Shown here: positions 29,516 through 38,435 of the stretch, piece by piece
Position numbering within the stretch: the stretch's first letter is position 1
How the letters are laid out: the number at the start of each line of letters is the position of its first letter
Assembly: GCA_963701965.1 (NCBI GenBank)
Contig: OY969695.1
Span: 2,400,001 to 2,464,000, forward strand
Reading direction: 5' to 3'
DNA from: an uncultured Gemmatimonadales bacterium
Lineage (GTDB): Bacteria; Gemmatimonadota; Gemmatimonadetes; Gemmatimonadales; Gemmatimonadaceae
DNA: 64,000 nucleotides
Notes under the pieces: model-generated
The model's input: only the letters and a program-made list of their open reading frames with translations
What the model was told of the DNA's origin: nothing
The model's database searches: none
Translations under genes and position numbers: made by a program

Positions 29516-29734
29516 TTACTCCTCGGCCTCACGCACGAGCTCCCACATCCGAACGCCCAGGCCGCGCGCGATCCGGGACAGGCTGCCCATCGACACGTTT
29601 TGCTCGCCGCGCTCGACCTTCCCCACGTACGTGCGGTGCACCCCGCACGTGTTGGCGAAGCTCTCTTGCGAGAACCCCAGGCGTACGCGGCGCTCTCGAA
29701 CGCTCGTTCCGAGCCTGACCAACAGTGGTGACAT
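29516..29734 (-). CDS. XRE-family HTH regulator
   Basis: SQESFANTCGVHRTYVGKVERGEQNVS. Confidence 0.85.
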   Translation of the reverse strand: MSPLLVRLGTSVRERRVRLGFSQESFANTCGVHRTYVGKVERGEQNVSMGSLSRIARGLGVRMWELVREAEE

Positions 29735-29857
29735 CGAAGGCCAAGAGTGCGCGTGACGGGCGTGCGATTCCACACCCAGCGAGGCGCCACCCGATGGTGG
29801 GCGCCCCCCAAGACTCGCTCACTGCCTAGACACCGGAGACGGACGCTATTATGCCGC

Positions 29858-31060
29858 ATGCTCCGACACCCCATCTTGCTGATCGTTCTGATGGTCGCCA
29901 ACGTCGCGCTGGCGCAGACGACGAAGCCGCGGGCCCGCGACCTGGGCGTGCCGTTCGACGGCGCCCCGGGTCCACTCGATGCGATCACCGACGTCACCGG
30001 GGTCACCGTTGGGCAAACGACGATCATACAGGGCGAGGGGAAGCTCGTGGCCGGCAAAGGCCCGGTGCGGACGGGCGTGACGGCGATCTTTCCCCGCGGC
30101 AATCACGCCGTCGATCCGGTGTTCGGCGGGTGGTTCACGCTGAATGGCAACGGCGAGATGACCGGCACGACGTGGTTGGAGGAGAACGGATTCCTGCGCG
30201 GGCCGATCGTGATCACCAACACGATCAGCGTGGGCACGGTACACGACGCGGTGATCGCGTGGCAATTCAAGAATGTCCCGGAAGCCGACTGGTCCCTGCC
30301 GTTCGTCGCCGAGACGTGGGACGGCGGGCTCAATGACATCTATGGATTTCACGTCACGCCCGAGGATGTGTTCAAGGCAATGGACCACGCCACGACGGGT
30401 CCAGTGGCCGAGGGCGACGTCGGCGGGGGCACGGGGATGGTGTGCCACGAGTTCAAGGGCGGCATCGGGACCGCGTCGCGCAAACTGTCCGCGCGCGAGG
30501 GCGGCTACACGGTCGGCGTCCTGGCCCAATGCAACTACGGCTTGCGGCGACGGCTGACCATCGCGGGCGTACCGGTTGGCAAGGAGATTCCCGAGCCTCT
30601 GCCTTGCTTCGCCGGGCACTGGACCTATCCGCCGCGGCAGGAATACCGCACGTGCGATAAACCCGGGGTCGCCCGCGACGGCGACCAGGGCTCGATCATC
30701 GTCGTTGTCGCCACGGACGCGCCGCTGCTCCCGCACCAACTCAAGCGCATCGCGAAACGCGTGTCACTCGGCATCGGCCGCACTGGCGGACTCGGCGGCG
30801 ATTCCTCCGGCGACATCTACATCGCCTTCTCGACGGCCAACCCCAACGCCGCCGACCCGAAGAGCGTGCGCCCGCTCTCCATGTTGCCGAACGAGGCGAT
30901 CGACCCGTTGTTCGAAGCCACGGTCGAGGCGACGCACGAAGCGATCGTCAACGCGCTCGTCGCCGCCGAAACGATGGTCGGCGCCGACTCGCTGCGCGTG
31001 CCCGCGCTGCCGCACGACCGTCTCCGCGCCGCGCTCGCCAAGTACAATCGCTTGCACTAG
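29858..31060 (+). CDS. DmpA/P1-family (S58) aminopeptidase, exported
   Basis: RARDLG, NGNGEMTG, ETWDG, GGGTGM, G-SIIVVVATDAPL autoprocessing site; signal peptide. Confidence 0.9.
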   Translation: MLRHPILLIVLMVANVALAQTTKPRARDLGVPFDGAPGPLDAITDVTGVTVGQTTIIQGEGKLVAGKGPVRTGVTAIFPRGNHAVDPVFGGWFTLNGNGEMTGTTWLEENGFLRGPIVITNTISVGTVHDAVIAWQFKNVPEADWSLPFVAETWDGGLNDIYGFHVTPEDVFKAMDHATTGPVAEGDVGGGTGMVCHEFKGGIGTASRKLSAREGGYTVGVLAQCNYGLRRRLTIAGVPVGKEIPEPLPCFAGHWTYPPRQEYRTCDKPGVARDGDQGSIIVVVATDAPLLPHQLKRIAKRVSLGIGRTGGLGGDSSGDIYIAFSTANPNAADPKSVRPLSMLPNEAIDPLFEATVEATHEAIVNALVAAETMVGADSLRVPALPHDRLRAALAKYNRLH

Positions 31061-31069
31061 GTTGCCGGA

Positions 31070-32425
31070 GTGACTACCCGGTATCCCCACTCGCATGTCT
31101 TTTACCGCAAGCTGCGGCGCACGTATCCGGAGATCGTGCGCGCGAGTGGATGCTGGCTCGAGGATGCGGACGGCAAGCGCTATCTCGACGGCAGCGGCGG
31201 CGCGTTCGTCGTGAACGTGGGGCACTGCGTGGCCGAGATCGGCGACGCAATGGCGGCCCAGGCCGCGCGCGTGGCGTACGTGAATGGCACCATGTTCACG
31301 CACGCGCCGGTCGAGGCGCTGGCCGTCGAGATCGCGCGGCGCTCGCCGGGCGATCTCTCGCTGGTGTATTTCCTGGGCTCCGGGTCCGAGGCCGTCGAAG
31401 CCGCGCTCAAGCTCTGCCGCCAATACTGGGTCGAGCGCGCACACCCGGGGAAGCACAAAGTCCTGGCGCTCACGCCGAGCTATCACGGCAACACGCTCTT
31501 GGCGCTGTCGGCCTCGGCCCGGGACTCGTATCGCGCCTTGTACCAGCAGTGGCTCGTCCCGGTCCCGCGCGTACCGGCGCCCTACGCGTATCGCTGCGCA
31601 TGCGGCGGCACCGGCGACCCGTGCGCCGCCTGCAGCGGCGACGCCTTGGAAGAAATCATACGACGCGAAGGCGCGGAGACCATTGCCGCGTTCATCGCCG
31701 AGCCCGTGGGCGGATCGTCCACGGGGGCTTCCGTGCCCAGGCCGGAGTATTGGCGCCGGGTGCGCGAGATCTGCGACCGGCATGGGGTATTATGGATCGC
31801 CGATGAAGTGCTCACCGGCGCCGGGCGCACCGGGACCTGGTCGGCGCTCGAGCCCTATGGGGTCGTGCCCGATCTCATGATCCTCGGCAAGGGGATCGGC
31901 GGCGGGTACGCGCCCCTCTCCGCGCTCGTCGCGCCGCGCCGCATCGTCGATGCCATCGCCGAGGGCAGCGGCGCGTTCCAACACGCCCAGACGTTTTCAC
32001 ACCATCCGGTGCTGTGCGCGGGGAGCCTGGCCACGCTCCAGTATCTGGATCGACACGACCTCATCGCGCGCTCCGCGCGCATGGGACACTACCTGCACGC
32101 GGCGCTGGCGACGCTCCGCGACCTGCCCCACGTCGGCGATGTGCGCGGTCGCGGCCTCTTGGCCGGGATCGAATTCGTGGAGAACGCGGGAACGCGGGCC
32201 CCGTTTCCACGCGCCGCCAAATTCGCCGAGACTTTCGCCGATGCGGCGCTCGACGCCGGCCTCGTCGTCTGGCCCAATACCGGGCAGGCCAACGGCGTCG
32301 ACGGCGACTTGGCGATGATCGCGCCACCGTTCGTGATTTCCGAGACGGAGATCGACGATCTGGTGAGCCGTTTCCGCGCCGCGTACCGCCAGGCGACCGA
32401 AAAAACGCTCCTCAGCACCCGGTAG
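31070..32425 (+). CDS. Class III PLP aminotransferase
   Basis: SGSEAVEAALK, YHGNT, IADEVLTGAGRTG, LGKGIGGGY. Confidence 0.9.
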   Translation: MTTRYPHSHVFYRKLRRTYPEIVRASGCWLEDADGKRYLDGSGGAFVVNVGHCVAEIGDAMAAQAARVAYVNGTMFTHAPVEALAVEIARRSPGDLSLVYFLGSGSEAVEAALKLCRQYWVERAHPGKHKVLALTPSYHGNTLLALSASARDSYRALYQQWLVPVPRVPAPYAYRCACGGTGDPCAACSGDALEEIIRREGAETIAAFIAEPVGGSSTGASVPRPEYWRRVREICDRHGVLWIADEVLTGAGRTGTWSALEPYGVVPDLMILGKGIGGGYAPLSALVAPRRIVDAIAEGSGAFQHAQTFSHHPVLCAGSLATLQYLDRHDLIARSARMGHYLHAALATLRDLPHVGDVRGRGLLAGIEFVENAGTRAPFPRAAKFAETFADAALDAGLVVWPNTGQANGVDGDLAMIAPPFVISETEIDDLVSRFRAAYRQATEKTLLSTR

Positions 32426-32434
32426 GATACGAGT

Positions 32435-34021
32435 ATGGCGACCACGCTCGCTCCCAAGTTCACCTACACATCGACGGCGATCGACCCCGAGCCGTTCCAT
32501 CGCCGCTTCGACGACGCGCTGGCGCGCGTGCGCGGCGAGTCGGGACAGACGCACCCGCTCTACATCGGCGGCGCGGCGCCGGCCGTGCCGACGCCCGACC
32601 GTCCGCCGTTCCCCGATGTCTCGCCCATCGATACCCGGATCGTCCTCGGCCACTTCGCGTCGGGAACCGCGGCCGACATCGACCGGGCCGTGGCCGCGGC
32701 GCGGCGCGCCCAGCGCCCCTGGGCCCGTTTGCCGTGGCGCGAGCGCGTGGCGATCCTGCGCGGCGCGGCCGGAATCATTCGAGACAGAAAATTCGAGCTG
32801 GCGGCGACGATGTGCCTGGAGGTCGGCAAGAGTCGGTTCGAGGCCATGGGCGACGCCGAGGAAGCCGCCGATCTCATCGACTATTACTGCGCGCAGGTCG
32901 AAGAGACCGACGGGTTCGTGCGGCGCATGATGAGCTTGACGCCCGCCGAACGGAACACGGACGTGCTGCGCCCGTACGGTGTGTTCGCCTGCATCGCGCC
33001 GTTCAACTTTCCGCTGGCGCTGTCCACGGGCATGTCCGCCGCCGCGCTGGTCGCCGGGAACACGGTCGTCTACAAGCCCGCCGAGGATACGCCGTGGACC
33101 GGATTGCGGCTGTACGAGGTGTATCGGGACGCGGGTCTGCCGGACGGCGCGTTCAATTTCGTCACCGGGCATCGCGACGAGATCGGCAACGCCCTGTGGC
33201 AACATCCCGGTGTCGACGGCGTCGTGTTCACAGGATCGAAAGCCGTGGGACTCGCGATCCATGCCGGACTCACCGGCCGGTGGATCAAGCCCGCGTTGCT
33301 GGAGCTGGGCGGGAAGAACGCCGCGATCGTCACCGCGTCGGCGGACGTGGACGCGGCGGCCGAGGGGACCGTGCGCTCCGCGTTTGGCCTCTCGGGGCAG
33401 AAGTGCAGCGCCACATCGCGCGTGTACGTCGCGCGCGCGGTGGCACCCGCCTTCATTGATGCCGTGTTGCGCCGCACCGCCGCGCTCTCGATCGGCGACC
33501 CCAGCGCCCGCGACGTGTTCGTCGGGCCCGTGATCAATGCGCGCGCCGTCGCCCGATTCGAGCAGGCCGTATCCCAGGCCCGCCGCGAAGGTGAGATCCT
33601 GGCCGGCGGCACGCGCCTCGGCGCCGGCGCGTTCGCGCATGGACACTTCGTCGCGCCCACGGTCGTGCGGGCCGGGCTCGACAGCACGCTGTTCCGCGAC
33701 GAGCTTTTTCTCCCGTTCCTCGCCGTCGGCGAGGTGGCGGGGCTCGACGAAGCGATCGCCGAAACCAACAAGGCCGACTACGGCCTCACGGCCGGCATTT
33801 ATACTGGCTCGACGGCGGAGATCGAGCAGTTCTTCGACGACATTGAGGCGGGCGTCTGTTATGCCAACAAGCGCACCGGGGCGACCACCGGCGCGTGGCC
33901 CGGCGCCCAAGCATTCTGCGGGTGGAAGGGCTCGGGTTCGACGGGCAAGGGTGGGTGCGGTCCGTACTACGTCGCGCAGTTCCTGCGCGAGCAGAGCCGG
34001 ACGGTCATCGAAGAGGGGTAA
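32435..34021 (+). CDS. Aldehyde dehydrogenase (P5C dehydrogenase-like subfamily)
   Basis: IAPFNFP, FTGS, LELGGKN, GQKCSA, ELFLP. Confidence 0.9.
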   Translation: MATTLAPKFTYTSTAIDPEPFHRRFDDALARVRGESGQTHPLYIGGAAPAVPTPDRPPFPDVSPIDTRIVLGHFASGTAADIDRAVAAARRAQRPWARLPWRERVAILRGAAGIIRDRKFELAATMCLEVGKSRFEAMGDAEEAADLIDYYCAQVEETDGFVRRMMSLTPAERNTDVLRPYGVFACIAPFNFPLALSTGMSAAALVAGNTVVYKPAEDTPWTGLRLYEVYRDAGLPDGAFNFVTGHRDEIGNALWQHPGVDGVVFTGSKAVGLAIHAGLTGRWIKPALLELGGKNAAIVTASADVDAAAEGTVRSAFGLSGQKCSATSRVYVARAVAPAFIDAVLRRTAALSIGDPSARDVFVGPVINARAVARFEQAVSQARREGEILAGGTRLGAGAFAHGHFVAPTVVRAGLDSTLFRDELFLPFLAVGEVAGLDEAIAETNKADYGLTAGIYTGSTAEIEQFFDDIEAGVCYANKRTGATTGAWPGAQAFCGWKGSGSTGKGGCGPYYVAQFLREQSRTVIEEG

Positions 34022-34032
34022 GGGGGAGAGCA

Positions 34033-35382
34033 ATGGCCACGACAGTGGAGGCGCCGCCGCGCAACTACCCGCGGATCATCGTGCCACCGCCGGGTCCCAA
34101 GGCGCGCGCCATCGTCGACCGGGACGCGGCCTGGACATCGACGTCCTATATCAAGGAGTACCCGCTGGCGATCGCCGGCGGGAAGGGCGTGATGGTCGAG
34201 GATGCCGACGGCAACCGGTACCTGGACTTCATGGCCGGCATCGCGGTGTCGTCGACTGGCTACGGGCATCCGGAGGTCGTCGCGGCCATCAAGTCGGCCG
34301 CGGATCGCTTCCTGCACATCTGCGGCTCCGACTTCTATTACGAAGGCATGGCGGCGGTAGCCGAGCGATTGGCCAAGCTGGCGCCGGGGACGAGCAAGAA
34401 GCGCGTCTTTCTCACGAACTCCGGTACGGAAGCGGTCGACGGCGCGATCAAGCTGGCCCGCCATTCGACGCGGCGGCCGGCGCTGATCGCGTTCAAGGGC
34501 GCCTTCCACGGGCGCACGTATGGCGCGATGACGCTGACGTCGAGCAAGGCGAAGCAGCACGCCGGGTTCGCGCCGTTGCTGCCCGAGGTTTACCACGTGC
34601 CGTTCGGGTACTGCTACCACTGCGACTATGGCAAGCAGTTCCCGTCGTGCGAGCTGTACTGCGTCTCCACGATCGAGCGGGATCTGTTCGCCCGGCAGCT
34701 GGACCCGCACGACGTGGCGGCGATCTTCGTCGAGCCGATCCAGGGCGAGGGTGGCTACATCGTGCCGCCGCCGGGCTACCTGACGGCGTTGCGCGCGCTG
34801 TGCGACAAGTACGGCATCCTCCTGGTGTTCGATGAGATCCAGTCGGGCATCGGTCGCACCGGCAAGATGTTCGCGTGCGAGCACGAGGGGGTCGAGCCCG
34901 ACATCTTGCTCACCGCAAAAGGCTTGGCGTCCGGCATGCCGCTCGGCGCCATCGTCGCCAAAGAGTCGATCATGCACTGGGGCACCGGCTCGCACGGATC
35001 GACGTTCGGCGGCAACCCGGTGTCGTGCGCCGCGGCACTGGCCACGCTCGACGTGGTGGAGCGCGAGCTCATGGCCAATGCGCGGGTGATGGGCGACCGT
35101 CTGCTGGCCGGCGTCCGCGACCTGGCCACGCGCCATGAGGCGATCGGGGACGTGCGCGGACGCGGTCTCATGATCGGCGTCGAGTTCGTGCAGGACCGCA
35201 AGACGCGGCAGCCGGACGGCCACGCGGTGCACGACTTGGTGCTGTCGGCGTTCTCCCGCGGCCTGTTGCTCCTGGCCTGCGGCAAGAGCACCCTCCGCCT
35301 AGCCCCACCGCTGGTCATCGATGCGCAGGATATCGATACCGGTCTCACGATGATCGACGAGTGCCTGTCCACTCGAAAGTAG
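34033..35382 (+). CDS. Class III aminotransferase (GabT/ornithine aminotransferase-like)
   Basis: NSGTEA, FHGRT, EPIQGEGG, DEIQSGIGRTG, AKGLASG, STFGGNP. Confidence 0.9.
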   Translation: MATTVEAPPRNYPRIIVPPPGPKARAIVDRDAAWTSTSYIKEYPLAIAGGKGVMVEDADGNRYLDFMAGIAVSSTGYGHPEVVAAIKSAADRFLHICGSDFYYEGMAAVAERLAKLAPGTSKKRVFLTNSGTEAVDGAIKLARHSTRRPALIAFKGAFHGRTYGAMTLTSSKAKQHAGFAPLLPEVYHVPFGYCYHCDYGKQFPSCELYCVSTIERDLFARQLDPHDVAAIFVEPIQGEGGYIVPPPGYLTALRALCDKYGILLVFDEIQSGIGRTGKMFACEHEGVEPDILLTAKGLASGMPLGAIVAKESIMHWGTGSHGSTFGGNPVSCAAALATLDVVERELMANARVMGDRLLAGVRDLATRHEAIGDVRGRGLMIGVEFVQDRKTRQPDGHAVHDLVLSAFSRGLLLLACGKSTLRLAPPLVIDAQDIDTGLTMIDECLSTRK

Positions 35383-36272
35383 TTGCAATGAAGGACGCCG
35401 TGGCCGCCTTCGTGCACGACGGCGACACGGTGGTGATCGAGGGGTTCACGCATCTCATCTGCTTCGCCGCCGGCCACGAGATCATCCGGCAAGGCCGGCG
35501 CGACCTGACGCTGTGCCGGCTCACGCCCGATCTCATCTACGATCAGATGATCGCGGCCGGCTGCGCCAAGAAGATCGTGTTTTCGTGGGCGGGGAACCCC
35601 GGGGCTGGTTCGCTGCACGCGTTTCGCCGCGCGGTCGAGCGTCCGACCGATCCGATCGCGATCGAAGAATATTCGCACTTCGGGATGGTGGCCCGATTCT
35701 CGGCCGGCGCTTCGCACCTGCCCTTCTGGCCTTTGCGCAACTACGCGGGCACGGATCTCCCTGTCGCGAACCCGCTCATTCGGACCGTGATCTGTCCGTA
35801 TACCGGGGAGACGCTTGCTACCGTCCCAGCGCTCAACCCCGACGTGACGATCGTGCACGCGCAGCGTGCCGATCGTCAGGGGAACGCGCAAATCTGGGGC
35901 TTGCTGGGCGTGCAAAAAGAGGCCGCGTTTGCCAGCCGGCGGGTGATCGTGGTGGCCGAGGAGTTGGTGGATGAGTCGGTGGTGCGGGCCGACCCGAACC
36001 GCACGGCGGTGCCGGGGTTCATCGTCGACGCGGTCGTCGTCGAGCCGTGGGGCGCGCACCCATCGTACGCCCAGGGGTATTACGATCGCGACAACGACTT
36101 CTACGTGAACTGGGAGCCGATCTCGCGCGATCCCGACCGCCTGGCGCAGTATCTCGACACGTTCGTCTACGGCGTCCCGGACCGGGCGTCATACCTGTCG
36201 GCGCATCCCGGCCTCACCGACCGGCTGCGTGCCGCGAGCCGTGTGGCGCCGGGCGTGAACTATGGGTTCTGA
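35361..36272 (+). CDS. CoA-transferase subunit A (glutaconate/3-oxoadipate GctA/CatI-like)
   Basis: EGFTHLICFAAGHEIIRQ, HAQRADRQGN, PWGAHPS; start GTG 35361 or ATG 35388. Confidence 0.88.
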   Translation: MPVHSKVVAMKDAVAAFVHDGDTVVIEGFTHLICFAAGHEIIRQGRRDLTLCRLTPDLIYDQMIAAGCAKKIVFSWAGNPGAGSLHAFRRAVERPTDPIAIEEYSHFGMVARFSAGASHLPFWPLRNYAGTDLPVANPLIRTVICPYTGETLATVPALNPDVTIVHAQRADRQGNAQIWGLLGVQKEAAFASRRVIVVAEELVDESVVRADPNRTAVPGFIVDAVVVEPWGAHPSYAQGYYDRDNDFYVNWEPISRDPDRLAQYLDTFVYGVPDRASYLSAHPGLTDRLRAASRVAPGVNYGF

Positions 36273-37026
36273 GTACTCGCCCAGCGAGTTGATGGCCGTG
36301 ACGGCGTCACGGGCCCTGGCCAATGGCGAAGTCGTCTTCGTCGGCATTGGGTTGCCCAACCTGGCGTGCAACCTGGCCCGCGCCACCCACGCACCCGATC
36401 TCGTGCTGATCTACGAATCGGGCGCGGTGGGCGCGGTGCCCGAACGCCTCCCCGTATCGATCGGGGATCCGGCGCTGGTCACCGGTTCGCTCATGGTGGC
36501 GAGCATGGCCGAAGTATTTCAATACATGCTCCAGAATGGCCGCATCGAGGTGGGGTTTCTGGGCGCGGCGCAAATCGACCAATGGGGGAACATCAATACG
36601 ACGGTCATCGGCTCCTACGACGCGCCGAAAATCCGGTTGCCGGGGAGCGGCGGCGCGGCCGAGATCGCGGCGCACGCCAAGCGCACGATCGTGATCGCCA
36701 AGCTGGGCGCCAAGACGTTCCCCGCCGCCGTGGATTTCGTGACCAGCCCCGGACATCGCTATCACGGCGCGCGCCGGGGCCCTGGCCTCACGGGCGCGGG
36801 CCCTGTCAGCGTCATCACGGACATGGGCATTCTGGAGGTCGATGAGGCGTCGGGCGAGTTGGTCCTCGCCGCGCTTTACCCTGGCGTCAGTGTCGAGACC
36901 TTCGCCCGCGGAGTCGGCTGGCCCCTGCGGACTCAGCCCTCGCTGCGCGAAGTCGAGCCACCGACGCACACGGAGCTGGATCTCCTGCGGCACACGCTGG
37001 ATCCCCACAAACTCTTTCTCAAATGA
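36262..37026 (+). CDS. CoA-transferase subunit B (GctB/CatJ-like)
   Basis: FVGIGLP, LIYESG, AQIDQWGNINTT, RLPGSGGA. Confidence 0.88.
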   Translation: MGSEYSPSELMAVTASRALANGEVVFVGIGLPNLACNLARATHAPDLVLIYESGAVGAVPERLPVSIGDPALVTGSLMVASMAEVFQYMLQNGRIEVGFLGAAQIDQWGNINTTVIGSYDAPKIRLPGSGGAAEIAAHAKRTIVIAKLGAKTFPAAVDFVTSPGHRYHGARRGPGLTGAGPVSVITDMGILEVDEASGELVLAALYPGVSVETFARGVGWPLRTQPSLREVEPPTHTELDLLRHTLDPHKLFLK

Positions 37027-38435
37027 CCGCGGGGCTCAAACGCACGATGAACATGCGCGACCTGGTGTTGTTCAACCTCGTCGCCGTCATCGGATTGCGT
37101 TGGCTGAACACGGCGGCCAAGTCCGGGCCCTCGTCCATCGTCCTCTGGCTGCTGGCGGCGGTGATGTTCTTCATCCCGCAGGGCCTTGCCGTCGGCGAGC
37201 TCTCGGCGCGCTACCCGAAAGAAGGCGGCATCTACTTCTGGACCCGCCGCCGGTTCGGCGAGGGGCACGGGTTCTTCTGCGGCTGGTGCTATTGGGTAGT
37301 GAACGTCCTCTACTACCCACAGCTCCTGCTCTCGGGCGCCGTCATCGTGCTGTTCGTGTTCGGCAAAGGCGACTCGGGACTCGCCGAGAGCTGGCCCTAC
37401 GTGCTGACCGCCTGCACGCTGATGCTGTGGTTTGCCGTGGCGCTCAACGTGGTGGGGCTGGGCACCGGGAAGTGGCTGCAAAACCTCGGCGGCATCGGGA
37501 CGTACGGGGCGGGCGTGATCGTGCTGCTCGTCGGCATCTATGCGATGTTCACCCATCCGAGCGCCAATCCGATCACGGCGCGCGCCCTCGTGCCCAATTT
37601 CGGCTCGTTCACCGAGGTGAATCTCTGGGCCACGATCGCGTTCGCGTTCGCCGGCCTCGAGCTCGCGGCGACCCTGGGCGACGAGATCCAGGACGCCGGG
37701 CACGCGTTGCCGCGCTCCACGTACATCTCGGCGCCCTTGATCGCGGGGATCTACGTCCTGGGCACGGTGTGCGTGTTGTGGCTCGTGCCCGTCGATTCCC
37801 TCAAGCTGACGTCGGGATTTCTGCAAGCGATCGAGATCGGCGCGCAGCGCCTGTGGTGGCTGGCGCCGCTGGCCGCCGCGGCGTACACCGTCGGCAACAT
37901 CGGGGGCGCCGGTGCCTGGCTCGCCGGGCCCGCGCGCGTGGCGTTCATGATCGGCCTCGACCGGTATCTCCCTCGGGCCTTCGGGCGCATCCATCCCCAA
38001 TGGGGCACGCCGTACGTCGCCATCATCGTGCAAGCGGCCATCGCCACGCTCGTGCTGCCGCTGGCAGCCATGAGTAACGGGGCGTCGGGACATGGCACGA
38101 CGGTCGAGCAGGTGTACCTCGACATTCTCGACGCACAGCTCCTCATCTACTTCGTCCCGTTCATCTATCTGTTCTGCTGTCTCTTGCTGGAGCGCGACAC
38201 CGATCGCGCCGGCATGGCGAAATCCGTGATCCCCGGCGGCACGTTCGGCCGCGTCCTCACCGCCACGTCGGGCCTCTTCGTCACTGTATTCGCCATGGTC
38301 GTCGCCGCGATCCCCCCGTCGGACCAGGACCCCTTACTCTTCGAGCTCAAGGTCGTCGGCGGGGCGATGGTGTTTTATCTCGTCGGATACGGCTTCTACT
38401 GGCACGGCGCCCGGACCCGGGTCCCATTATCATGA
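37023..38435 (+). CDS. APC-family amino acid/polyamine permease
   Basis: VIGLRW, ELSARYPKEGGIYFW, FAFAGLE; about 12 TMs; ATGA overlaps. Confidence 0.9.
   Translation: MTAGLKRTMNMRDLVLFNLVAVIGLRWLNTAAKSGPSSIVLWLLAAVMFFIPQGLAVGELSARYPKEGGIYFWTRRRFGEGHGFFCGWCYWVVNVLYYPQLLLSGAVIVLFVFGKGDSGLAESWPYVLTACTLMLWFAVALNVVGLGTGKWLQNLGGIGTYGAGVIVLLVGIYAMFTHPSANPITARALVPNFGSFTEVNLWATIAFAFAGLELAATLGDEIQDAGHALPRSTYISAPLIAGIYVLGTVCVLWLVPVDSLKLTSGFLQAIEIGAQRLWWLAPLAAAAYTVGNIGGAGAWLAGPARVAFMIGLDRYLPRAFGRIHPQWGTPYVAIIVQAAIATLVLPLAAMSNGASGHGTTVEQVYLDILDAQLLIYFVPFIYLFCCLLLERDTDRAGMAKSVIPGGTFGRVLTATSGLFVTVFAMVVAAIPPSDQDPLLFELKVVGGAMVFYLVGYGFYWHGARTRVPLS

Noticed and set aside
29516..29734. Restriction-modification controller (C) protein
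   Set aside because: It has an HRTY-type XRE helix, but no methylase or endonuclease is adjacent
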